Shown here: positions 21,701-29,738 of the stretch, one piece after another | Position numbering within the stretch: the stretch's first letter is position 1 | Layout: each line of letters begins with the position of its first letter | Assembly: GCF_001457615.1 (NCBI RefSeq) | Contig: NZ_LN831024.1 | Location: 6,210,001-6,242,000, forward strand | DNA length: 32,000 bases | Source of the DNA: Pseudomonas aeruginosa | GTDB lineage: Bacteria > Pseudomonadota > Gammaproteobacteria > Pseudomonadales > Pseudomonadaceae | Direction of reading: 5' to 3' | The notes under the pieces: generated by a model | Told to the model about the DNA's origin: nothing | The model's database searches: none | Seen by the model: only the letters and a program-made list of their open reading frames with translations | Made by a program: the position numbers and the translations under genes

Positions 21701-22336
21701 CTACTTCTTGGCCGCTGCGCGCTCTTTCTCGATCAGGTAGTCGGCCAGCTTGAGGGTTTCCTCCGGACCACCGGCGGAGCCGATGTCGAAGCGGTATTTG
21801 CCATTGACCACCATGGTCGGTACGCCGGTGACCTGGTAGGCCATCGCCAGCTTCTTGGCCTTTTCCATCTGGCCCTTGATGGCAAAGGAATTATAGGTGC
21901 TCAGGAATTTTTCCTTGTCCACGCCCTTGCCGGCGAGGAAATCGGCCATTTCTTCCGGAGTGGCGAGCTTCTTGTGCTCCTTGTGGATCGCCTCGAACAC
22001 GGCGTTGTGTACGTCATGCTCGACGCCCATGCTTTCCAGGGTCAGGAACATCTGCCCATGGACGTTCCAGATACCGCCGAACAGGGCAGGCAGGCGCACG
22101 AAATGGACATCTGCCGGCAGCTTCTCGCTCCACGGCACGATGGTCGGCTCGAACGCGTAGCAATGCGGGCAGCCATACCAGAACAGTTCCACCACTTCGA
22201 TCTTGCCCGGCTGGGACACCGGCACCGGGCTGCTCAGCTCGACGTATTCCTTGCCGGCGGTATAGTCGTCGGCCTGGGCGGCCATGCCGAACAGGCTGGC
22301 CATGGCCAGCATGGCGGTGAGAATCAGGTTACGCAT
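21701..22336 (-). CDS. dsbA: Thiol:disulfide interchange protein DsbA
   Basis: 211-aa ORF; signal peptide, FWYGCPHCYAFEP active site, TGVPTMVVNGKYRF cis-Pro loop. Confidence 0.92.
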   Translation of the reverse strand: MRNLILTAMLAMASLFGMAAQADDYTAGKEYVELSSPVPVSQPGKIEVVELFWYGCPHCYAFEPTIVPWSEKLPADVHFVRLPALFGGIWNVHGQMFLTLESMGVEHDVHNAVFEAIHKEHKKLATPEEMADFLAGKGVDKEKFLSTYNSFAIKGQMEKAKKLAMAYQVTGVPTMVVNGKYRFDIGSAGGPEETLKLADYLIEKERAAAKK

Positions 22337-22443
22337 CGTTCACTCCTAGGCGAGGTCAGTGCCGCTCTCCGGCCGGGTTCGGCCCGGTCAGTTCGACCGG
22401 GGGGAGCGGTCACGGGTTCCAGCATTGTAGCGATGGCGGACGC

Positions 22444-22472
22444 AAAAAAGGGCAGCCGAGGCCACCCTTTTT
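22444..22472 (-). terminator. Intrinsic terminator after the cytochrome c4 gene
   Basis: Minus strand AAAAAGGGTGGC-CTCG-GCTGCCCTTTTTT: long stem (two G-T pairs), tetraloop and T tract. Confidence 0.8.
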
Positions 22473-22503
22473 CATACATCTTTTTTGCCGTGCTACGCAG
22501 CGA

Positions 22504-23109
22504 TCAGTGCAGACCCTGGATGTAGCTGGAAATCGCGGCGATGTCCTTGTTCGACAGCTTGGCGGCGATGGACTGCATGATCTTGGTGTCGCCGTCGTTG
22601 GTGCGGGTACCTTCGCGGAAGTCGGTCAGCTGCTTGGCCACGTAGGTCGCGTGCTGGCCGCCCAGGTGCGGGAAACCGGCGGTTGCGATGCCGACGCCGC
22701 TCGGGGAATGGCAACCGGTGCAGGCCGGCATGCCTTCGGCGATCTTGCCGCCGCGGAACAGCGCTTCGCCCTGGGCCACCAGGTTCGGATCGGCCATGCC
22801 GACGCTCATCTTCTGGCTGGCGAAGTAGGCGGCGATGTCGGCCAGGTCCTGGTCGCTGAGGTTGGTCAGCAGCCCGGTCATTTCCAGCACGGTACGCTTG
22901 CCGTCCTTGATGTCATGCATCTGCTTGAGCAGGTAACGCTCGCCCTGGCCGGCCAGTTTCGGGAAGTTCGGCGCCGGGCTGTTGCCATCCGCACCGTGAC
23001 AGGCGCCGCACACCGCGGCTTTCGCCTGGCCCGCGGCGGCATCGCCAGCGGCATGGGCAAGGCCGGTCAGACCCAGGGTCAACAGCAGACTCACGAGAAG
23101 TTTGTTCAT
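22504..23109 (-). CDS. cc4: Diheme cytochrome c4
   Basis: 201-aa ORF with signal peptide and two CxxCH haem motifs: CGACH and CTGCH. Confidence 0.9.
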   Translation of the reverse strand: MNKLLVSLLLTLGLTGLAHAAGDAAAGQAKAAVCGACHGADGNSPAPNFPKLAGQGERYLLKQMHDIKDGKRTVLEMTGLLTNLSDQDLADIAAYFASQKMSVGMADPNLVAQGEALFRGGKIAEGMPACTGCHSPSGVGIATAGFPHLGGQHATYVAKQLTDFREGTRTNDGDTKIMQSIAAKLSNKDIAAISSYIQGLH

Positions 23110-23154
23110 CAGCTAATCCAATTACGGCTAAGGGTGAAAGATAGTGGGCTTCGG

Positions 23155-23448
23155 CTACTTCTTCACCATCCACTGGATGGTTGCCTGGTAGTCTTCGGCA
23201 CTGCAGTCGGTGCACAGGCCGCGGGGCGGCATGGCGTTGAATCCGTTGGTCACATGCTGGACCAGGGTCGGCATGCCCTTGGCCAGCCGCGGCTCCCAGG
23301 CGGCATGGTCGCCCTTTTTCGGCGCCATCGGCAGCTGGCCGTCGTGACACGCGCCACAGGTCCGGTTGAACACTGCTTCCGGGTCCTGCGCCGCCTGCGC
23401 CGTAACGGCCACCGCAACGACTGTCGCTGCGAGCAGCAGTTTCTTCAT
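23155..23448 (-). CDS. Cytochrome c5-like monohaem protein
   Basis: 97-aa ORF: signal peptide, CGACH, NAMPPRGLCTDCSAEDYQATIQWM. Confidence 0.87.
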   Translation of the reverse strand: MKKLLLAATVVAVAVTAQAAQDPEAVFNRTCGACHDGQLPMAPKKGDHAAWEPRLAKGMPTLVQHVTNGFNAMPPRGLCTDCSAEDYQATIQWMVKK

Positions 23449-23556
23449 GATCGTCCTCATCAGGGGGAACGCCCGCGTTCTACCGCGCGGAAAATGCTCT
23501 GTCCGTTCCCGCGCGCGCTCGACCCTGGGGGATAAAGCGCACACAAAATCCGCGGC

Positions 23557-23585
23557 ATTATATACTTCCGATACCGAAACGGAAA
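23557..23585 (-). promoter_or_regulatory. Candidate promoter for the c5-like cytochrome gene: TATAAT -10 with weak TTTCCG -35
   Basis: Minus strand TATAAT (plus 23557-23562) with a 17-bp spacer to TTTCCG. Confidence 0.4.
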
Positions 23586-23631
23586 CGAAACAGCCCCCCG
23601 CGACACCGAGTCGCACCCCTGTGGATAACCC

Positions 23632-24279
23632 ATGTCAGAGAAGAACCCCATCGTCGGCCTGTGCCAGAAGGCCAGCTTTCTCATCAGTGCCGCCCAGGTC
23701 GACCAGTGCCCCCCCGACGAAGGCTTGGAAGTCGCTTTCGCCGGGCGCTCCAATGCCGGCAAGTCGAGCGCGCTGAACACCCTCACCCACGCCAACCTGG
23801 CGCGCACCTCGAAAACCCCGGGACGTACCCAACTGCTCAATTTCTTCGCCCTGGACGACTCGCGGCGCCTGGTGGACCTGCCCGGCTACGGCTACGCGAA
23901 GGTGCCGATCCCCCTGAAGCAGCACTGGCAGCGCCACCTGGAAGCCTACCTGAGCAGCCGCGCAAGCCTGGCCGGGGTGTTCCTGATGATGGACATCCGC
24001 CACCCGCTCACCGACTTCGACCGACTGATGCTGGATTGGGCCCAGGCCAGCCAGCTACCGATCCATGTACTGATGACCAAGGCCGATAAGCTGGCCTTCG
24101 GCGCGGCCAAGAACGCCCTGCTCAAGGTACGCCGGGAAGTCCAGCAAGGCTGGGGCGACGTCGCCACCCTGCAACTGTTCTCCGCGCCCAAGCGCCAGGG
24201 CGTCGACGAGGCGCAAATGGTCCTGGCGCAATGGCTGGGCCTGCTGGACGAGGAACAAGAGGCGTTCGAGGAAGCCTGA
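23632..24279 (+). CDS. engB: Ribosome biogenesis GTP-binding protein EngB/YsxC/YihA
   Basis: 215-aa ORF; [40 protein letters not shown] motifs. Confidence 0.92.
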   Translation: MSEKNPIVGLCQKASFLISAAQVDQCPPDEGLEVAFAGRSNAGKSSALNTLTHANLARTSKTPGRTQLLNFFALDDSRRLVDLPGYGYAKVPIPLKQHWQRHLEAYLSSRASLAGVFLMMDIRHPLTDFDRLMLDWAQASQLPIHVLMTKADKLAFGAAKNALLKVRREVQQGWGDVATLQLFSAPKRQGVDEAQMVLAQWLGLLDEEQEAFEEA

Positions 24280-24288
24280 ATTCCAGGC

Positions 24289-24420
24289 AAAAAAAACCCC
24301 GAGCTTCGTATGGGGAGGGGGAAGTTCGGGGTTCAAGTCCGGACCGCTAGGGCGGGGTCCAGGAATCTGCCAACACTAAACACTGCAAAGGAGCATCGAA
24401 GGGCTCAAGAAGCCATTCGT
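24289..24420 (-). ncRNA. ersA: ErsA small regulatory RNA (same locus as enterobacterial Spot 42)
   Basis: Between engB and polA; ACGAATGGCTTCTTGAGCCC... start, terminator CCCCGA-A-CTTC...GAAG-C-TCGGGG followed by eight T (plus 24289-24296), C/U-rich CCCCCTCCCC in the terminal loop. The approximate 132-nt length comes from the known sRNA. Confidence 0.85.
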
Positions 24421-24424
24421 GTGT

Positions 24425-24452
24425 TCTGACTGTCGGCAAAACGGGAAAGTTC
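24425..24452 (-). promoter_or_regulatory. AlgU (sigma22)-type promoter for ErsA: GAACTT-N17-TCAGA
   Basis: Minus strand GAACTT (plus 24447-24452) and TCAGA (plus 24425-24429), just upstream of the predicted RNA 5' end. Confidence 0.75.
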
Positions 24453-24542
24453 AGCGCACCGCGAAAAACTTTTCCACGGCACCCTCACCGGGCACTCCGG
24501 ACCTGCTCGCAAGGCCCGCCACACGGGCCTCGCAACCGTTCA

Positions 24543-27284
24543 TCAGTGGGCTTCGTCCCAGTTCGAACCGACACCCGCCTCGACCACCAGCGGTACGTCC
24601 AGGGTCGCCGCTCCGCTCATCAGCGGGCGGATTCCCTCGCGCACCTGCTCGACCAGGTCCTCGCGCACTTCCAGCACCAGTTCGTCGTGCACCTGGAGGA
24701 TCACCCGGGCATCGAGGCCGCTTTCCTGCAGCCAGTTATCCACAGCGACCATGGCGCGCTTCATGATGTCCGCCGCCGTGCCCTGCATCGGCGCGTTGAT
24801 CGCGGTGCGCTCGGCGGCCTTGCGCATGGCGCCGTTCTTCGAATGGATCTCCGGCAGGTACAGGCGACGGCCGAACAGGGTTTCGACGAAGCCCTGCTCC
24901 GCGGCCTGGGCGCGGGTCCGTTCCATGTACGCCAGGACGCCGGGGTAGCGGGCGAAGTAACGGTCGATGTAGGCCTGGGCCTCCTTGCGCTCGACGCCGA
25001 TCTGCTTGGCCAGGCCGAAGGCGCTCATGCCGTAGATCAATCCGAAGTTGATCGCCTTGGCGCTGCGTCGCTGGTCGCCGCTGACGTCTTCCAGCGGCAC
25101 GCCGAAGACTTCCGCCGCGGTGGCGCGGTGTACGTCCAGGTCGTGGCGGAAGGCATCCAGCAGGCCATCGTCCTTGGCCAGGTGGGCCATGATCCGCAGC
25201 TCGATCTGCGAGTAGTCCGCGGCCAATAGCTTGTAGCCCTGCGGCGCGACGAACGCCTGGCGGATGCGCCGGCCCTCCGCGGTACGGATCGGGATGTTCT
25301 GCAGGTTCGGGTCGCTCGACGACAGCCGCCCGGTAGCCGCCACCGCCTGGTGGTATGAGGTATGGATGCGTCCGGTACGCGGGTTGATCTGCTCGGGCAG
25401 GCGGTCGGTGTAGGTGCTCTTGAGCTTGCTCATGGAGCGGTACTGCATGATCACCTTGGGCAGCTCGAAGTCCTGCTCGGCCAGTTCGGCGAGCACTGCC
25501 TCGGCGGTGGACGGCTGGCCGGTCGCGGTCTTGCTCAGAACCGGCAGGCCGAGCTTGTCGTAGAGGATCGCGCCGAGCTGCTTGGGCGAGCCGAGGTTGA
25601 ATTCCTGCCCTGCCAGGTCGTATGCCTGGCGCTCCAGGGCGACCATCTTCTCGCCCAGTTCGCGGCTCTGGATGCCCAGCAGGTTGGCGTCGACCAGCGC
25701 GCCGTTGCGCTCGATCCGCGCCAGCACCGGTACCAGCGGCATCTCGATGTCGGTCAGGACCCTGGCCAGGGACGGGATCGCCTCCAGCTTCTGCCACAGG
25801 GCCTGGTGCAGGCGCAGGGTCACGTCGGCGTCCTCCGCCGCATAGGGCCCGGCCTGTTCGATGGCGATCTGGTCGAAGGTCAGTTGCTTGGCGCCCTTGC
25901 CGGCGATGTCCTCGAAACGGATGGTGCTGTGGCCGAGGTACTTCAGGGCCAGGCTGTCCATGTCGTGGCGAGTGGCGGTGGAGTCCAGCACATAGGACTC
26001 GAGCATGGTGTCGTAGGCTACGCCCCGCAGCGCGATGGGGGTGCTGGCATTGGCCAGGACATTGATGTCGTACTTGGCATGCTGGCCGACCTTGAGCTTC
26101 TTCGGATCCTCCAGCAGCGGTTTCAACGCACGCAGCACCGCGTCACGATCCAGTTGCTCCGGAACGCCCATGTAGCTGTGGGCCAGCGGCACGTAGGCGG
26201 CCTCGCCCTCCTTCACGGCGAAGGACACCCCCACCACCTGCGCCTGCTGGGCGTCGATGCTGGTGGTCTCGGTATCGAAGGCGATCAGCTCGGCCTCCTC
26301 CAGCTTCTTCAGCCAGGCGTCGAATCCGGCCTGGTCGAGCACCACGTCGTAGTCGACCTCGGCCTGGATAGGCGTTTCCGCCTCGCCGTTCTCGCCGGCC
26401 TCCTTGGCCTCGCGCAGGAGGTCGTCCAGCCAGTTCTTGAACTCCAGCTCGCGGTACAGGGCGATCAGCGCTTCGCGCTGCGGCTCGCCGGGATACAGCT
26501 TGTCGATCTCCACGTCCAGTTCGACGTCGGTCTTGATGGTCGCCAGTTGATAGGACAGGAACGCCTGCTCGCGATTTTCCTCGAGCTTCGCCGGCAAGCC
26601 CTTGGCGCCGCGGATCGGTAGCTCGGGCACCTTGTCCAGGCTGGCGTAGAGCACCTCCAGGCCGCCACCGACACCGGTCAGCAGGCCCAGCGCGGTTTTC
26701 TCGCCGACACCCGGAACGCCGGGGATGTTGTCGACCTTGTCGCCCATCAGGGCGAGGAAATCGATGATCAGCTCAGGACCGACGCCGAATTTCTCTTTCA
26801 CGCCATCCACGTCGAGGCGGCTACCGGTCATGGTGTTGACCAGCGTAATGTGCCCGTCGACCAGTTGCGCCATGTCCTTGTCGCCGGTGGAAATCACCAC
26901 CGGGCGGTCAGCCGCGGCGCTGCTGCGCGCCAGGGTGCCGATCACGTCGTCGGCCTCGACCCCCTCCACGCACAGCAGCGGCAGGCCGAGGGCGCGGACG
27001 CTGGCATGCAGCGGCTCGACCTGGACCCGCAGGTCGTCGGGCATCGACGGCCGGTTGGCCTTGTACTCGGCGAACAGCTCGTCGCGGAAGGTCGGGCCCT
27101 TGGCGTCGAAGACCACCGCGAACGGGCTGTCCGGGTACTGCTTGCGCAGGCTCAGGAGCATGTTCAGCACGCCCTTCACCGCACCGGTGGGCTTGCCGGT
27201 CGAGGTGGTCAGCGGCGGCAGGGCATGGAAGGCGCGGTACAGGTACGAGGAACCGTCCACCAGGACGAGGGGCGCTTGGCTCAT
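24543..27284 (-). CDS. polA: DNA polymerase I
   Basis: 913 aa from [24 protein letters not shown]; [44 protein letters not shown] motifs. Confidence 0.97.
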   Translation of the reverse strand: MSQAPLVLVDGSSYLYRAFHALPPLTTSTGKPTGAVKGVLNMLLSLRKQYPDSPFAVVFDAKGPTFRDELFAEYKANRPSMPDDLRVQVEPLHASVRALGLPLLCVEGVEADDVIGTLARSSAAADRPVVISTGDKDMAQLVDGHITLVNTMTGSRLDVDGVKEKFGVGPELIIDFLALMGDKVDNIPGVPGVGEKTALGLLTGVGGGLEVLYASLDKVPELPIRGAKGLPAKLEENREQAFLSYQLATIKTDVELDVEIDKLYPGEPQREALIALYRELEFKNWLDDLLREAKEAGENGEAETPIQAEVDYDVVLDQAGFDAWLKKLEEAELIAFDTETTSIDAQQAQVVGVSFAVKEGEAAYVPLAHSYMGVPEQLDRDAVLRALKPLLEDPKKLKVGQHAKYDINVLANASTPIALRGVAYDTMLESYVLDSTATRHDMDSLALKYLGHSTIRFEDIAGKGAKQLTFDQIAIEQAGPYAAEDADVTLRLHQALWQKLEAIPSLARVLTDIEMPLVPVLARIERNGALVDANLLGIQSRELGEKMVALERQAYDLAGQEFNLGSPKQLGAILYDKLGLPVLSKTATGQPSTAEAVLAELAEQDFELPKVIMQYRSMSKLKSTYTDRLPEQINPRTGRIHTSYHQAVAATGRLSSSDPNLQNIPIRTAEGRRIRQAFVAPQGYKLLAADYSQIELRIMAHLAKDDGLLDAFRHDLDVHRATAAEVFGVPLEDVSGDQRRSAKAINFGLIYGMSAFGLAKQIGVERKEAQAYIDRYFARYPGVLAYMERTRAQAAEQGFVETLFGRRLYLPEIHSKNGAMRKAAERTAINAPMQGTAADIMKRAMVAVDNWLQESGLDARVILQVHDELVLEVREDLVEQVREGIRPLMSGAATLDVPLVVEAGVGSNWDEAH

Positions 27285-27361
27285 GAGGGGAATCAACCTT
27301 TTCCGGAGACCAGGGCGTGTAGAATGAACCCTGGACGATTCGATAAAGGAGCAAGGTTACC

Positions 27362-27652
27362 ATGCGTACGCTGAACCGCTTGATGCTCGCCGGACTGCTG
27401 GCGTTCGCCCCGCTCGTCGCGATGGCGGCGGACGACGACGCGCCCTCCGGCGAGCCCGACGTAACCATCCGCCAGGAGGGCGACAAGACCATCCAGGAAT
27501 ACCGCGTGAATGGCTTCCTCTACGCCATCAAGGTGGTTCCCAAGCATGGCAAACCCTATTTCCTGGTCCGCGCCGACGGCAGCGATGGCAACTTCATTCG
27601 CTCCGACCAGCCGGACAAGCTGATTCCACAATGGGAGATCTTCAGCTGGTGA
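27362..27652 (+). CDS. DUF2782 family small exported protein
   Basis: 96-aa ORF: signal peptide MLAGLLAFAPLVAMA, then EPDVTIRQEGDKTIQEYRVNGFLYAIKVVPKHGKPYFLVRADG. Confidence 0.8.
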   Translation: MRTLNRLMLAGLLAFAPLVAMAADDDAPSGEPDVTIRQEGDKTIQEYRVNGFLYAIKVVPKHGKPYFLVRADGSDGNFIRSDQPDKLIPQWEIFSW

Positions 27653-27685
27653 TGTGCATTTCCAACCTGGCGAGGCCGCGCTGAC

Positions 27686-28636
27686 ATGTCGGTGTTCACC
27701 CCACTCGAACGCTCGACCCTGGAAGCCTTCCTCGCCCCCTACGACCTGGGCCGCCTGCGGGATTTCCGTGGCATCGCCGAAGGCTCCGAGAACAGCAACT
27801 TCTTCGTCAGCCTGGAACACGGCGAGTTCGTCCTGACCCTGGTCGAGCGCGGCCCGGTGCAGGACCTGCCGTTCTTCATCGAACTGCTCGACGTGCTCCA
27901 CGAGGACGGCCTGCCGGTGCCCTACGCCCTGCGCACCCGCGACGGCGAGGCCCTGCGCCGTCTCGAAGGCAAGCCGGCGCTGCTGCAACCGCGCCTGGCC
28001 GGCCGCCACGAGCGGCAGCCGAACGCCCACCACTGCCAGGAAGTGGGCGATCTGCTCGGCCACCTTCACGCCGCCACCCGCGGGCGCATCCTCGAACGCC
28101 CGAGCGACCGTGGCCTGCCCTGGATGCTGGAACAAGGTGCCAACCTCGCCCCGCGACTACCGGAACAGGCCCGCGCCCTGCTCGCCCCGGCCCTGGCGGA
28201 GATCGCCGCGCTGGATGCCGAGCGTCCAGCGCTGCCGCGCGCCAACCTGCATGCCGACCTGTTCCGCGACAACGTGCTGTTCGACGGCCCGCACCTGGCC
28301 GGCCTGATCGACTTCTACAACGCCTGCTCCGGCTGGATGCTCTACGACCTGGCGATCACCCTGAACGACTGGTGCTCCAATACCGACGGCAGCCTGGACC
28401 CGGCCCGCGCCCGCGCCCTGCTCGCCGCCTACGCCAACCGCCGGCCGTTCACCGCGCTGGAAGCCGAGCACTGGCCGAGCATGCTGCGGGTCGCCTGCGT
28501 GCGCTTCTGGCTGTCGCGACTGATCGCCGCCGAGGCGTTCGCCGGACAGGACGTGCTGATCCATGATCCGGCGGAGTTCGAGATGCGCCTGGCGCAACGG
28601 CAGAACGTGGAGATTCATTTGCCGTTTGCGTTGTAG
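27686..28636 (+). CDS. thrB: Homoserine kinase (ThrB, APH-fold)
   Basis: 316-aa ORF; GSENSNFFVSLEHGEFVLTL, NLHADLFRDNVLF, GLIDFYNACSGWMLYDLAITLNDWC. Confidence 0.93.
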   Translation: MSVFTPLERSTLEAFLAPYDLGRLRDFRGIAEGSENSNFFVSLEHGEFVLTLVERGPVQDLPFFIELLDVLHEDGLPVPYALRTRDGEALRRLEGKPALLQPRLAGRHERQPNAHHCQEVGDLLGHLHAATRGRILERPSDRGLPWMLEQGANLAPRLPEQARALLAPALAEIAALDAERPALPRANLHADLFRDNVLFDGPHLAGLIDFYNACSGWMLYDLAITLNDWCSNTDGSLDPARARALLAAYANRRPFTALEAEHWPSMLRVACVRFWLSRLIAAEAFAGQDVLIHDPAEFEMRLAQRQNVEIHLPFAL

Positions 28637-28653
28637 GCAGGAACCACAGGAGC

Positions 28654-29023
28654 ACGGCCGTCCTGCGGCCGTTCGCCCTTCAAAAACCATGCGGTTCGGC
28701 GTCTTGGAGTGAGGCCGAGCCGACATCCTGTCGAGGCTTCGTCGTTCAGCCCACCCCCGGCCCGGCCATCCTGGCCGGTCGTTCGCCCTTCAAAACGCAT
28801 GCGGTTTGGCGTCTGGGGTGAAGCCGAGCCGACATCCTGTCGAGGCTTCGTCGTTCAGCCCACCCCGGCCCGGCCATCCTGGCCGGTCGTTCGCCCTTCA
28901 AAACGCATGCGGTTCGGCGTCTTGGGTGAGGCCGAGCCGACATCCTGTCGAGGCCTCGTCGTTCAGCCCACCCCCGGCCCGGCCATCCTGGCCGGTCGTT
29001 CGCCCTTCAAAACGCATGCGTTT
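28654..29023. repeat. Tandem array: three ~109-bp units (28671-28780, 28781-28888, 28889-28997) plus partial flanking copies
   Basis: The anchor gttcgcccttcaaaa recurs at 28671, 28781, 28889 and 28998 (spacings 110, 108, 109) with nearly identical sequence between. Confidence 0.95.
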
Positions 29024-29027
29024 TGAA
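29006..29027. repeat. Perfect 22-bp palindrome TTCAAAACGCATGCGTTTTGAA, immediately downstream of the nrdJb stop
   Basis: Read directly; extends to GCCC...C-GGGC (29002-29032) with one bulged base. May act in termination or mRNA stability. Confidence 0.85.
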
Positions 29028-29032
29028 CGGGC

Positions 29033-29722
29033 TCACCCACATTTCGAGTGTCCGCAGTTGAGGCAGGTGGCGCAGCCGTCCATCTGTACCACCGCCATGC
29101 TGTTGCACTTGCCGCACAGTTGCGCGCCGGCGGGGAAGCCTTCGCCCGGCTCGACCTTGCTGGTGCCCTGGGCGGCCTCGTAGGCGGCGCGTTTTTCCGC
29201 GAGGAAAAGACGCTGTTCCTCGTCCAGTTCAGGGCCACGCAACAGGCCGATGGCCGTCAGGTGGCGCTCCAGCACGCCGCCGATCTCGGCGACGATGGAA
29301 GGCATGTAGATGCCGCCTTTCTTCAGGTAGCCCCCGCGCGGGTCGAATACCGCCTTGAGTTCCTCGACAAGGAAGGTACAGTCGCCGCCCTTGCGGAAAA
29401 CCGCGGACATGATGCGGGTAAGTGCGACGATCCACTGGAAATGATCCATGTTCTTCGAGTTGATGAAGATCTCGAAGGGACGCCGCTGCTCGTGCGCCGT
29501 GCCCGCATTGAGGACCATGTCGTTGATGGTCACGTAGAGCGCGTGCTCGAACAGCGGCGACTTGATCTTGTAGGTGGCGCCGATCAGGGTATCCGGGCGC
29601 TCCAGGGTCTCGTCCATCTGCACCACCGACGCGGCTTCCGCGGCGGCGGCAAGGGCCTGCTCCTCGGCTTCGTTGACGACCTTGAAGCCCTTGATCTTCT
29701 GCGTGATCTTGACTGCTGACAT
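29033..29722 (-). CDS. nrdJb: Class II (B12-dependent) ribonucleoside-diphosphate reductase, small C-terminal subunit
   Basis: 229-aa ORF with RRPFEIFINSKN, VFDPRGGYLKKGGIYMPSIVAEIG and Cys-rich tail CGKCNSMAVVQMDGCATCLNCGHSKCG. Confidence 0.9.
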   Translation of the reverse strand: MSAVKITQKIKGFKVVNEAEEQALAAAAEAASVVQMDETLERPDTLIGATYKIKSPLFEHALYVTINDMVLNAGTAHEQRRPFEIFINSKNMDHFQWIVALTRIMSAVFRKGGDCTFLVEELKAVFDPRGGYLKKGGIYMPSIVAEIGGVLERHLTAIGLLRGPELDEEQRLFLAEKRAAYEAAQGTSKVEPGEGFPAGAQLCGKCNSMAVVQMDGCATCLNCGHSKCG

Positions 29723-29738
29723 ATCGATTCCCCCGGCC

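Noticed and set aside
28615-29183. ORFs such as 28709..29026 (+) and 28746..28943 (-) translating as repeated PARPSWPVVRPSKRMRFG or RMAGP segments
   Set aside because: They arise from translating the ~109-bp tandem DNA repeat; no start context or protein family, and repeat lengths (110/108/109) do not all keep frame.
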